A DNA stretch of 64,000 bases, from NCBI RefSeq assembly GCF_006345805.1, contig NC_042998.1:151280001-151344000 (forward strand), given 5' to 3'. The first letter of the stretch is position 1, and the number at the start of each line of letters is the position of its first letter. This DNA is from Octopus sinensis (Eukaryota). The notes below the pieces were generated by a model. That model did no database searches and was not told where the DNA came from. It saw only the letters and a program-made list of their open reading frames with translations. The position numbers and the translations under genes were made by a program. Positions 42,203-55,151 of this stretch are shown here, piece by piece.

Positions 42203-42239
<37 letters not shown>

Positions 42240-42320
42240 TATATGTATATGTATATGTATATATATACGTATATGTATATATTATATTATGTGTGTGTAC
42301 GTATGTATGTAAATATATAT

Positions 42321-42363
<43 letters not shown>

Positions 42364-42423
42364 GCACACACACACACGCACACACACACACACGCACACA
42401 CACACACACACGCACACACACAC

Positions 42424-42462
<39 letters not shown>

Positions 42463-44920
42463 CACACACACGCGCACACACACACATATGTATATGTATC
42501 TCATACTATAATCACCCCGCTCATTCCCACCGTCACTTCATCTAAAACCTTAATTCCCCGGGTGATAGCAGTTAATCCTACTCGTTAATCCTTCTTAATC
42601 CGCACCTAACTTGCTATTTTCTTGCCAACGTTTTCTCACTATGTCCTTCTCCTCCCCCTCCTCCTTCCCCCATACTACTCCTGCTCTTTCGTTCGCTCTC
42701 TCTTACCACTCCTCTCTATCTTCCCGCTTTTCCCGCAGTTCCCCCTCTGTTCCTCCCTTACCTTCTGTTCTCACTCTCTATTTGTCCATCTCTCTCTCTC
42801 TTTCTCTCTCACACTTTCTCTCTCTCTCCACTATTATTATTGCCAATCACTTCCACCGGCCAGCTTCACGTAAACATCTTACTCCTACGCCACTAACACT
42901 ACCACCACCGCCACAATCACAAGTACTGAATCTTGTACGTCGGAGTCATAACCACCGCTACCACAACCAGCACCATCACAACATCCGTTGTCGTTATCAT
43001 TAGTACGACCACTACTATCACAAACCACCACAACTACCATCACTACTACTGCCACTACCACCACCATTACCACCACCTCCACTACCTACAAAACCAACTC
43101 CACTACCACCCCCACCCCCACCACCATCACCACTACCAACACAAACATCACCACTACCAACACAAACATCACCCTCACCATTGCCTCTGTTTCCACCACG
43201 ACCACGACCACCACCACCACCACCATCATCGTCGTCATCAGTTACAGGAACAACTGCTGCACTGTAATCAGTTGTGGCTCTTCTAAAAATTTATTGGCGT
43301 ACAGAAATAGAGTGAACAGTGGAGTTGGAGTGGGAATGGGCCGGGTACACTGCCATACTACAACCCGCACAATTCACCACTGTATGTCAGACTGTGTAGT
43401 ATGGTCGTCAGCAAGATGGTGACGTCTGTGGGTCGTACAACAACTGAATCATGATTGACCAAGGACTGAGCAGCTACAATAACAACAAAATCATCGAATA
43501 TCATCCCACCCCACCCTACTCCGCACACCACCACCAGTATACCCAAGGGTTTGGTGTGTGCACGTTAAACTGGGTGTCTGGTTAAATGTAAAACACCGGT
43601 GTATATACAGTCGTCAGATACCTCGTGATTACACACACAAGCCTTGGCTCAAACGTGAGTCCTTAGTAAAAGATACTTCGTTCAGTTGCTGTGCTGTAGG
43701 GTCGAATCTGGAGCTATATGATTCCGAAACGACTCATTTGGGAATACAATGTAAGAAGACATCTGTGTGTGTGTGTGTGTGTGTGTGTGTTGGGTGGGGT
43801 GCACCTGGCATTGGTATTTGTTGTGTTCATGTCCGGAATCTCGTAGTTTCCAGCTTCTCTTTGATTCAATCCTATCGCTGGATTAGAAGCAGTTGCCCCA
43901 CCACCACCACCACCACCACCACCACCATCATCATCATCAGTCAGCATCAAAGGCCTCCAGATTCTTGGGCTTGAATTTACACTTCCTTAAACGTTCTTAC
44001 AGCCCTTCAGCGTCTTTCCAGTTGAGTGTCGTGCTTGGTGTAGTTGATCGTAAACCATTCTGTGGGACAGTTTACACGAAGGCCGCTCTCTAAAAGTAGA
44101 TTTCACTCACGGGAGAATGGTAAAGGAAGTGAAGCGAATATTTGCTGAGGAGAAGAGCTCCGATTTAAGGAAACACGGTACAACCTAAACTGGTTGTATA
44201 GTGAAATTAAGGAAGACAAAGTTGGCCCCGGCTAGATTTGAACTCAGAAAGTGAAAGAAATGTAACTAAGTACCACAAAATATTTAATCTACTAGGTTAC
44301 AGTGAATTATGCCCATGGTCTGTTTTAAAAGGTGCTTCTATAACATATTGTCAGTATTTTTATATGTTACACAATATTTCTCCTTAGTTCTATATTGACT
44401 CTAACCTAGAGGTCAGAAATGGACAGTCTGAGATAATTTGCTGACTTATTTCCTAGTTTTCATAGTAGCATCTGTATCTACCATCATCCCTTAGATTAAA
44501 TAAATATTTGCTATAATTTCTGACACGTAACTTGCAGACATATGAAGCAGTAATAAAGACTTGTGTCTCAGACGTGAGATTAGCACTTGCAGGTCATTTC
44601 TGGATTTGTTTCTCGTTTATCTCATTTCTGTCCAACCTCGCTGGTCACTGACTGACAATGGCTATACTTTGCCCACCTCCTTTTAATATCTTTTGTTTAT
44701 GTTGTTTGTATCTTATTTTATTAATTGTTCTTTAAGCTATCCTTTTCTTTTTAATTTCAACTTGATATTATGTTTCCAGCCGCTGGTTAGTTCGAGTTTC
44801 ATTCTGCTGCCGAAAAAGCCCTAGTGAGCCTACTTTCACAACACATATATGGACTGAACACATATGAATGAATCTATATTTACGGATTATGAATGCTCGT
44901 ACACACACACACACACACGC

Positions 44921-44973
<53 letters not shown>

Positions 44974-45244
44974 ATACACAAAAGCAAACACACACTCACA
45001 CATATGCACGTACACATACACACACAAACGCACACACACGTACACACACACATGCGTGCGTCTACACATATGTGCTCAACTTTTTAATTATTTAAACTCT
45101 GTCCTAATTTTTCTTTTATTTGCCTCTGTCCAAGACCTAGTGGAGTTAATTTCAAATAATTTTCTATATCAGTTCCCTCAACTCTCTCCAAAATGTACTC
45201 TAAATATATGCTACTTCAGATTTAGTTAAGTTTGTGTTAGGCAC

Positions 45245-47283
45245 TCTTCTACTCTTTTACTTGTTTCAGTCATTTGACTGTGGCCATGCCAGAGCACCGT
45301 CTTTAGGCGAGCAAATCGACTAATACTTATTCTATCGGTCTATTTTGCTGAACTGCTAAGTTACGGGGGCGTAAACACACCAGCAACGGTTGTCAAGCGA
45401 TGTTGGGGGGACAAACATAGACACACAAATATATACACGCAAACACACACACACACCTATATATATATATATATATATATACTAGCACTATGACCCATAG
45501 TGCTAATGCATGTATATATGTGTATATATATGTGTACATATTACATGTACGTCTATATATATACATCTACACATAAAATACAAAATACAAAGTTATATCT
45601 TGATATCGCTAGTGATAACAATACTCAAAATATATAACAGACTGGAATTGTAGGCCCGTCTCTTGCAATTTCGATCAATTGTATCTTGTCCTCCCTCTTG
45701 TATAGAAGTGTGGCTACAATCCAGCTTACCTCTACTTCTGGGGGGACATTTTAAATTTTTATCCGGGATGTCCTACGTCCCAGATATAAAGGTAAAAATA
45801 AAATATTTTCACTTTGCAAGGTTCGAGTCGAGTACTCCCTTGTACGCTCCGTTGACTCGAACCTTGCTTCTATTGTGGCGAATGGTTAGATATCTTTCAT
45901 AGTCGCACCAAGACACTTTTCGATGGTGCTTTCCTCCAGGTATTCTAATCTTTATTTTCTCTACATTGTATACTTTATAGACAATAGTCTTTTCTTTAAT
46001 TTAAGTTTTTATTTCGTTTGGTGGTGTTATCCTAGATTCACCGTCTTTGTCTGTGATCAATCCGAAATAGGTTTGTATTTCTTCCATTTTAATTTTAATG
46101 AGTTCGCGCCCGCCGACGGCTGCAGCGAAATTCATTTTTGGACTTTCTTCTATCGAAGGCATTCTAACAAAAATGCTTCCGTGTAAACGGTGAAAATATT
46201 GTCAATTTCCCCAAACAGGGACACAATTCAATTTTTAAACAATAACCAAAGCTCCTTCTTTTGCAATTCCTTACGAGGAACCAACAAACGTGATAACAAT
46301 AGTTAAACAGTAATAATAACAACAACAAACCTTACGGTGAATCAAAAAGCAGTACGCAGTTGAAAATATAGTTCTTTATGTATAAGAAATAAACCAACAG
46401 TAGTACTCAGTAGAAGCGGCTGTTCGAGAAAACAGACATTACATACAGTTAAACTTCATATAGATACTTAATGCTAGCTAATTAGCAGATAATCTAATGT
46501 AAAAGCCGTGGTAAAGGGTATGTGCACAGCTCCATCTGGACTATTCCATTTCTGCATGTTAATTTTATTTTTAATTTATTCCCATTCATGTAAAACCACC
46601 TATTCAAGTTCAAGTCATTGATACAATTTTATACCAATTGCTATTTTTACTTTTGTTATGTTACGATTATATTATACTTTAGTTTGATTCTAATTATTAC
46701 TTACTACATATAATTCAATTATTATTATCTCTAATTTTTATTGTTAAAGTGAAAGTATCTGGCATAAAATAGAGAAAAGTTTTTGTTTCACTTTTAACAC
46801 GTAATACTGAGATAGTGGAGAAGATATGATATTGCTATGGGCTCGCCCTAGGCAAGAAGTTGAACATTTTTGTCCCCATGAAACTACAAGGACCCTAAGT
46901 AAGGCATGTGTAAAATTTGAATGAAATTGGTTGTGTAGTTCTCAAATTTTAGGGAATCGTAGTGGAGAAGATATGATATTGCTGTGGGCTCGCCCTAGGC
47001 AAAAAGTTAAAAATTTTTGCCGATGACACTCCCCGGACGCTCACTAAGGCATGTGTAAAATTTGAATGAAATTGGTCGTGTAGTTCTTAAGTTTTAGGGA
47101 AAGAGACAGACAGACAGACACACATTCTCAGTTTTATATATAGAGAGATATACATACATATGACTCACAAGGCTATGGTCGGCCCGAGGCTATAATAGAA
47201 GACACTTGCCCAACGTGCCACGCAGTGGAACTGAACTTGGAACAATGTGGTTCTTAAGCAAGCTACTTACCACACAGCCACAC
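45245..47283 (-). mobile_element. SINE split by a Helitron insertion (pieces 45245-45430 and 47160-47283)
   Basis: 3' half lies before and tRNA-head half after the Helitron. Both match 34080-34498. Confidence 0.8.
45482..47148 (-). mobile_element. Non-autonomous Helitron, full length (~1.67 kb)
   Basis: Minus strand A|TCtctctatatataaaac...gtctgtctgtc start; two ~150-bp tandem units at 46812-47101; ends gtgCTAG|T; inserted in a TA repeat. Confidence 0.88.
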
Positions 47284-47776
47284 CTTGGAAACATTTCAAA
47301 AAGAAATAACTTTAAAAAGTAGTTTGGTTAATCCATTTTTCGTGCAATAGAAGAGAACATTAAAAATTATTTCGTTTATTTTTTATTTTCCGAAATTCTC
47401 ATTATATATCTTTGACTCAAGTTTTTATAGTGTTTATAGATTTAATACTCGGTATTTTTTTTAGTTCTATATATATAGACAGTCTGTTTCTGTATATTGT
47501 GCTTTATCAGTAGAAAGTAATGGAACAGTAGATAGTCAATTAATTATATCATCCAAGTAACTGTCTTCAATTTTGATTAGAAGGCTAAAGAGAGAGGGGG
47601 AGAGATGGGGGAAAGAAGGAAGTAGAAAAGAGAAGAATGATTGATAACTAAAAAAATGGCAAATTCTGGAAAATTTCCATAACCTCAATATCACTTAGAA
47701 TAATATTTTTCATAACTTAACAATAAAAAAATTAACACTGTCAGTCAATGGTTGTTGTTGTCATTATTATTATTAC

Positions 47777-48030
47777 TATGGTGGGGAGCTAACAGAATCG
47801 TTGGCACGCCGGGCGAAATGCTTAGAAGTATTTCGCCTGCCGTAACGTTCTGACTTCAAATTCTGCCGTGGTCGACTATGCCTTTCATCCTTTCCGGGTC
47901 GATAAATTAAGTACCAGTGAAACACTGGGGTCGATGTATTTCCCTCCCCGACAGGCCCCACTTCCGACAGGACGTGCCTACTCCATCATTTCCGATCCTT
48001 CTCTGCAACACAGCCTGGCTCATAACACCA

Positions 48031-48076
<46 letters not shown>

Positions 48077-48300
48077 CATTAACAACATTTAATATTAACA
48101 TATTAAAGCTGTTAACTGGCAGAATCATTATTGCAACTGGAAAAAATGCTTAGCGGCATTTCTGTTGACTTTATGTTCTGAGTACAAATGCTGCCGGGGG
48201 TCGACTTTGTCTTTTGGGATCGATAAATTAAACACCAGTTGAGGACTTATCTTCTCTTCCAATATTACTGACTCTGTGCCAAAGTTTGAAACCAATATTT
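47777..48300 (+). mobile_element. Two copies of a third SINE-like family (47777-47945, 48110-48300)
   Basis: cagaatc..aaatgcttag..ttctga..caaat..ggtcgact..tcgataaattaa..accagt in both copies. Confidence 0.7.
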
Positions 48301-48499
48301 GTGATTTCAGCAATATGGAGATGAATCTGTCACCGTTCCTGTATGTTGAGCCATACTGATAATCCTGGCATTCTTCTTCTTCTTCTTCTTCTTCTTCTTT
48401 TCTTCTTCTTCTTCTTCTTCTTCTTCTTCTTCTTCTTCTTCTTCTTCTTCTTCTTCTTCAACATCAACAACATTTTCGCAGCAGCAGCAGCAGCAGCAG

Positions 48500-50700
48500 C
48501 CGAAATGAGTGCACGATTCAGTCTAGACCTCACAAAGATGAAAAGTTAGCTCTAGCCTGAAGACTCATCAAATAGAGCAAAGGTTGCATTGTCAGAGTTA
48601 AGGCGCGTGTTCTGAGAAGCGAGGGGACCAAAGCTGTTCGATGGGCGCACGTGGCGGTGTTGCAGCATGGTAACAAAACCGCAATTCGGTCTTTGACGAA
48701 CCGAGACAAATACGATCTGATCGATTTCAGCTACATGTTTGAGGTCTTTCGCCAGCACTTTGCTCGGTTGTTCGGTGTGGAGAGGCGAGTTAGAGATTGT
48801 AGAGGATTTCAATCCATACTTCGGCGGTTTGCCGCGTCTCTCGACGGCCGACGGCTGAGCGCTGCAGAAGACAGAGAACTTCAGCCGAAATTCAGGATGC
48901 CCTTGTCGGCTCCACGAGGCGCAAGTCACCCGGTTTGGATGGTCTGTAGAAGTATTCCCAGTTCTGTGAGCCAGGGCGTAGTGACGCTAAGGAAAGGCGA
49001 AAACAAGAAGGACACATTACACAACTTCAGGCCCATAACTCTACTCAACACAGGGTTTAAGATTTTGGCCAAGGTGTTAGCGAAGAGGTTGGCGCTTGAC
49101 GTCGAAGATTTGGTTGGGGAGGCATAAACCTACGCAATCCCGACCAGGTCCATACACAACTTCTACCTCATACGATACATGAGAGAACCTTTACTGCAGA
49201 AGCTTGAACTGCTGCAGGGCATCCCGCTCGAATCGGGACGCAGAAGAGCTATGTCAGCTTATGCGGACGACATCACCGTGATGGTGTCGGACACCTCAGA
49301 AATCGAGGTGCTCGGCACATCATTGGAGGAATACGAAGAGTTGACGGGAACAAAACTTAACCAGGAAAAGTCGGTGGGCTTGCAGCTTGGTACCTGGAGA
49401 GGCAAGTCCATGCCGTCCAACAGCATCATTGGGTGCTGGGCGGAGAGACAGGTAAAGTTGCTTGTGGTTTGGTTCGGACCTGACCTCCAGGTAGATAAGA
49501 ATTGGCCAACGAGGAAACTATCACTGAAAGGTTGAGCGGAGGTGGCGAATGCGTACATCGCATCCGTCATCTACTACTGCCCGACCGTTGTGCCTTGCCC
49601 CCGTTTGCACCTCGCCAAGTTGATGCGCCTCCTCTTCAAATTCTTGAGCGTGAGACCTTCCGTTGGTGAGGCGGTCCATCTACTGCCAACACTCTCTACG
49701 TGGAGGGCTGGGCATGCCGTCGATAATGATGCGTAGACATGCACTGAGGCTGCGGCATCTTTAGATATTCTGTCTAAACGGTGAACAGGTATTGTCGCCG
49801 TTTGTTTAATTGACCTTTCCCCAGACCGTTTCTTTGACTGAGCTGCAGTCCTGGGTCAAAAAGAAACCCAGACAGGGTGACTGGCACCTGGAATGCTGCC
49901 AGGCATTCACTGCTCCCTACCAAGCGGGAAAATCGGTCAGTGGAACATCCACTCTTGATTTCTATAGAGGATTAGTGGTGGGAAAATGCGATGACGCACT
50001 TGGAGAGGCTCTGAGTGTTGACGAAGTCGAACTGACCAGTTTGTTCTGGAGGACTTTCGGGCGTGAGACGATAGATAACTTCCAGAAATCTCTCGCTTGA
50101 CGGTGCTATCAGGGTGGGGGCAATGCCGGAGTGCTGTCAGACTTGTAGAGCGATGAAACCGTTCTGCAAGCACTCGTCCAGTGTCCGTGCATTACTGACT
50201 TGTGGAGCTATGTCGAACAGCTGTTGTCACGTGTAGGACGGATCCGGCTATCGGTCAAGTCTATAGCGAAGATCGACTCACCGCCTTCCTTTGGCCAGGA
50301 AAGCCGGGCAATTTTCCTATTTGGCAGCAGTCATGAAAGAGGTTGTATGATGGACTACGTTGAAAGGACTGAAGACATACACTTTTCTCTTCGGCCAATC
50401 CCTTTTCCAAAATTTCACTTGGAAAGGAAGATGAGGATGGAGAGAGAAGTGATGCACCTCCAACCCCAGTACATTTGCAGAAAGGTGGGTGAACGTAGCG
50501 AAAATGGCCCGTGAGAGTGGATCTACTCTAATATTGCGCCTATAGACTGGCGAATTTGTGGAGAAGATTTGTACCCTTCCCGGTTATCCTCGAATCGTCG
50601 GGCGGGTCAGGATTGGTGGTGTACGTCAACCAACCCTGAGTGTTTATCCTACTCCGTATTTGGGAATTTTCATTCTTATATTTTTCTTGTTTAATGTGTA
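48500..50700 (+). mobile_element. L1/Tx1-like LINE, 3' half of ORF2 (RT), decayed
   Basis: NFRPITLLNTGFKILAKVLAKRL, SAYADDITV, KLNQEKS and a C-terminal C..C..ETV.QAL.QC motif near 50120-50190. Confidence 0.85.
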
Positions 50701-50706
50701 TTGTAG

Positions 50707-50865
50707 TGGAGGCATATGGCCTAGTGGTTAGAGCAGCGGAATCGCAGTCGAGGGATCGCGGGTTCGAATCTCAGATCGGGTGATGTGTTTGTTTATAAGT
50801 GAAACACCTAAGCTCCACGCGGCTCCAGCAGAAGGTAATGGCGAACTTCTGCTGATTTTTTTCGC
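50707..50865 (+). mobile_element. tRNA-derived SINE 5' part
   Basis: tggcctagtggttagagcagcg...gggttcgaatctc, then aaacacctaagctccacg as in 31150-31456. Confidence 0.75.
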
Positions 50866-53625
50866 CCCTTTGAACAGTGTTGGTTCCCTTGTTTCTCAAA
50901 GTACGCACCTTAACTTTGACAATGCAACTTTAACGTTTCGCCTTGAAGAACTGGTCTAATGCCATTGTCGCTGCTAGGAACGTCAGTTGCAATGCCACTA
51001 CAAAAAATCTCGTCTAACTTGGCTACTTGCTCCTCCTGCTTTATATTCTTTTGTAACGCTACTTCTTTGCTGAACCCTATCGATATTACTTTAATCTCTC
51101 TTTCGAGAGCCACCCACCATCACCACCTGTTGCTGACGACCCCCACTGTCAATTTTTGCTTAATTGAGTGGTTGACCCACTCCCTGTAATCCTTAGGTAC
51201 CGGAAATGACATGTTCAGCTTTTAATACCCGGGTCCTAACCTACGCATCTTATCTAGGACCGTACAGATTGAAAACTTGTGACTTGAATAGGCGACCGTT
51301 TTAAAAAGTGGACATCCTACACTATCATTCACATTATTTACATTTGACGGGTATTTGTTCTCATCTTGTTTCTTGTTAACACAACGTTTCGGCTGATATA
51401 CCCTCCAGCCTGATGAAGGCTGGAGGGTATATAAACGCATATAATATTCCGTTCCAATCCCTCACTAACAGTAAAGGGCGAGACGTACCCAGAAAGGCTT
51501 CCAGACGCCCAAAGAAATCCGGCCGTTTGGCTCCAGTAGGAGCGTAAACTGGTTCAAATTTAATGTTTTGTACTACTAGAGCCATCAGTATCTCGTCGTC
51601 CCTTCTGATGAGTACGAAGTTGGGTGTTTTTTGCTGGTGTTGTTTTATTTGTTTGCTGGAGTATGATAGTGATGTTCTTGTCGTTGTTCCGGTCGTGTCT
51701 GTGTTTGCTGAGTGTGGCATCTTCAGTTTCAGATGTTTGTGTGAGTGTTTGTTCTTGTGTCTGTTTAGGTTGTTTGTGTTTGGAGGATTCTAGTGATAGT
51801 GATGGTGTTGGTGTTACTGGGGAGATGGTTGCGTGAGTGGCGTCTGTATTTTTTATTGAAGGTGTTTTTATACTTTGCGAAACTTTTCTGTTGTTTTCTT
51901 CTTTGTTTTTTGGAGCCTTTTGGTTTTCCTTCATCTTCACTGCAGAAAGATGAGGCGTCTGTGGGTGTGTGTTTGTGTATGTGTGTATGTTTATATTCTT
52001 ATTTATATGTGTATTTATTAGTGTGGGGTAAGTGGGAGAGATTTTCCCTGTTTTCCCCTAGGGTGGTTAATGACTCTGGTGGTGTTTCTTTTATTGTTGC
52101 TGGTAGCTTTGTCGGTGCTGGTGTTGGTTGTGGTCCTCGTCCCGGCATAGGCAGTAGTGGAGGCCTCCAACCTCTTGGACCTTTTATCAGTTGAGGGCAG
52201 AAGGCTTGCAAATGAGTAGTTTCTCCACAAACGAAACAATGCAGCCCTCTGCCCTCAGTCATTATGTGCAATACTGTCCCGTTTGGGTGATGGATGTGGT
52301 CCGGGATTCTTTTGAAGTTTTCTGGAGACGTATTCCAGATCCATCCAGGACCAGTACTCTATGGCAGTCTCTGTCTTCTCTATCGTGTCGGTATCTGAAT
52401 TTTGCTCGATTACGCATCCCAGAAGCCACCATATGTCAAGTCCTGGTGGAATCTTGGGAATTCGGACATGCGCTATTCTTTTTCCCATATGGTATGAGTA
52501 CATATTGACCTTGCTGGTTTTGCAAAGGGCTTCTGACTTAAAAAGCACCGAAAGGGTGCCGTGTTGTCTACCCCTCGCTATGTACCCGGTATCATCCCTG
52601 ATACATCTCAGCGCAGCTTCAATAACTGCTTATCCTATTATTACTGGTTTCTTTGTCTCCGCTGAAATGTATCTGAAATTAATTGTTTTTTCTGCACTGC
52701 TTCAATTGCCTCTTTTGGTATGGATAAATGGGCTCAAGTTTGCTCGTGTTTGATGAGTTTCTAGGCTAGGACCAACTTTTCCTCATTGTTTGTGAGGTCT
52801 ATGTTGTAACGTGGTCTCGTTTTGCCTGCTGCTGCTGCTGCGAACGTGTTCTTGTTAGTAATATTGGTATTGGTGTTCTCGTTGGTATTGTTGGTGTTGG
52901 TTTTATTGCCGTTGTTACTGTTGTTGCTACTGCTGCTGTTGCTACCACTGCTGCCTTCAATTTATTCTCCACCCCTGCTATTGTTGGTTCTGCTACCGCC
53001 GTCTGTGTTCCTATCACTGCGACTGCTGCTGGTATTGTTGCTGTTTTTTTTACTGTTACTACTTGTCGTCGCATCGCAGCCTTTGCTGCCTCCACCGCTG
53101 TTTCCGCCACCTCTAACATCAACACTCATGTTGCTGCTGCTGTTTTGTTGTAACTAATTTCATAAGCTTCACAAGCTTTCGCATCGCTTAGACTACTACT
53201 GTTGTTGTTGTTATTGTTGTTGTTGTTGTTGTTGTTGTTAGTGTTGCTGCTGTTGTTGTTGTTGTTGTTGTTGTTGCGAGTGAGTGATATGAGTGGGGAA
53301 AGTCTTCTTGTGTGAGAGGGCTTTCCTTTTAAGCACTTCCATGGTTGTTGATGCCGATGATAATAGTGATGATGACTATGCCATCTTGTGTGTTTGTGTT
53401 TCTTACAGAAGATGGGGAGTTTTCTGAATGCAATCGATAATTAAATGAATATATACTGCCCCTCACGGGGCAGAAATAGCCACCGAAAGCCTATCAACAG
53501 GTTCTTAGTGTTCTTATTGTCAATTTACAAGAAAACTTAATAACATATATTTGTACAAACAAGGTGAAAAGCACAATGTAAACCATAACTTACGAAGCGT
53601 GTTCGAAGGAACGTCATACGTATTC
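50866..53625 (-). mobile_element. L1/Tx1-like LINE, 5' half (5'UTR, gag-like ORF1, APE endonuclease start of ORF2), decayed
   Basis: ORF1 EKTINFRY..YIARGRQHGT..KIPPGLDIWW and CCHC knuckle CFVCGETTHLQAFC. ORF2 VYAPTG..DFFGRLEAFLG..LLVRDWN and GPGY*KLN. Confidence 0.8.
51322..51434. mobile_element. Short Penelope-type pLTR fold-back inserted in the L1 endonuclease region
   Basis: 16-bp perfect arms 51396-51411 / 51417-51432. CTGATGA is on the plus strand and CAGCC-GAAACGTT on the minus strand. Confidence 0.65.
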
Positions 53626-53636
53626 CGCAGCGAATA

Positions 53637-53689
<53 letters not shown>

Positions 53690-53693
<4 letters not shown>

Positions 53694-55030
53694 AGCTACA
53701 ATATCCTTAACTGGACACTAAATGAACTGACCAAAATAGATAGGAAAACAAGAAAAATAATGACAGGATCTAGGATGCATCACCCAAAATCTGACATAGA
53801 AAGACTATATATACAACGTATAGAAGGTGGTAGAGGCCGTATACAGCTGGAAAACTACTATAAAATAACCACCATAGGACTGCAAAAATATCTACTTCAG
53901 AAAGAAGGAAAACTGATACAAATAGCGGCAAAACACGAGCAAAACAAAAAACTGTTCTCAGTATTTAAGGAAGCTGACAAATACAAACAAGAAATCATAC
54001 CACCTAATAAATATGAAGAAGAAGAAGAAGAAGAAGAAGAGAAGAAGAAGAGAAGAGAAGAAGAAGAAGAAGAAGAAGAAGAGAGAAGAAGAAGAAGAAG
54101 AGAAGAAGAAGAGAGAAGAAGAAGAAGAAGAAGAAGAAGAAGAGAAGAAGAAGAAGAAGAAGAAGAAGAAGAAGAAGAAGAAGAAGAAGAAGAAGAAGAA
54201 GAAGAAGAAGAAGAAGAAGAAGAAGAAGAAGAAGAAACAACAAAAACTATAAAACAAAGGAAATCCAAACTAAAAATAGAACAGCAACGAACCATGATAA
54301 AACGATGGCAAGAAAAGCCTCTTCATGGTAAATACTGGACTGAACTAAACGCAAAAGAAATAGACAAAGAAAAATCCCAGCAATGGTTGAGAAGCTCAGG
54401 ACTCAAAGCAGAGACAGAGGGATTTTTAATTGCAGCACAAGACCAAAGCATCCCCACCAGAAATTACCAAAAACCTGTAATGAAAAGAAATATAACTAGT
54501 AACTGCAGAATATGTGGAGATGGACAAGAAACAATAAATCATATTATCTCTGGCTGCCCAGTCCTGGCTAAGAAGGAATATATTCACAGACATGACAGAT
54601 AGAGAAATTAAGGCCAACAGACCAGATATAGTTGTCAGGGATCATGAAGGAAAAAATGCTTTCTAATTGATGTATCAATACAGGCAGATGATAACGTGTC
54701 TCTAAAAGAAATGGAGAAACTTTCAAAATACAAAGACCTGGAAATAGAGGTAACCAGAATGTGGAATCTAAAAACAGAAACAATTCCTATCATAGTAGGT
54801 GCATTAGGCATGATAAAAAAATATTCAGACAAATACATAGCAAAAACACCAGGACTTACAAACATATAACATACAGAAAATTGCACTACTAGGCACTGCA
54901 CACATCCTACGCAGAACACTTTCCATACAATAACCATCAGAGCATCACAACAAATCACAGCACATACCCAAGGCACACAGAGCTGCGCTCGGTAGTGAAG
55001 TGAAAGCACACTATAAAAATAAAACTACTG
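53690..55030 (+). mobile_element. 5'-truncated R4/Dong-like LINE embedded in (TAA)n
   Basis: HHPKSDIERLY, EGFLIAAQDQ, CRICGDGQETINHIISGC, RHD, RPDIVV..LIDVS..KEMEKLSKYKDL. (AAT)n on both sides. Confidence 0.92.
54015..54236. repeat. (GAA)n expansion inside LINE ORF
   Basis: About 220 bp with GAGAA interruptions. The reading frame is restored downstream. Confidence 0.95.
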
Positions 55031-55046
55031 AATAATAATAATAATG

Positions 55047-55150
<104 letters not shown>

Positions 55151-55151
55151 A

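Noticed and set aside
42600-43500. Thr/His-rich mucin-like ORFs
   Set aside because: Degenerate (ACC)n/(CT)n simple repeats with no domain or splice support. Same for 14200-14700.
44142-44183. CTGAGGA...GAAACACGGTA hammerhead-like motif
   Set aside because: No convincing stem II, only 3-bp stem I, and no PLE context.
50707-50785. tRNA gene
   Set aside because: A/B boxes continue into SINE body sequence seen elsewhere, and no proper acceptor stem or terminator is evident. Same for 3656, 5733 and 31150.
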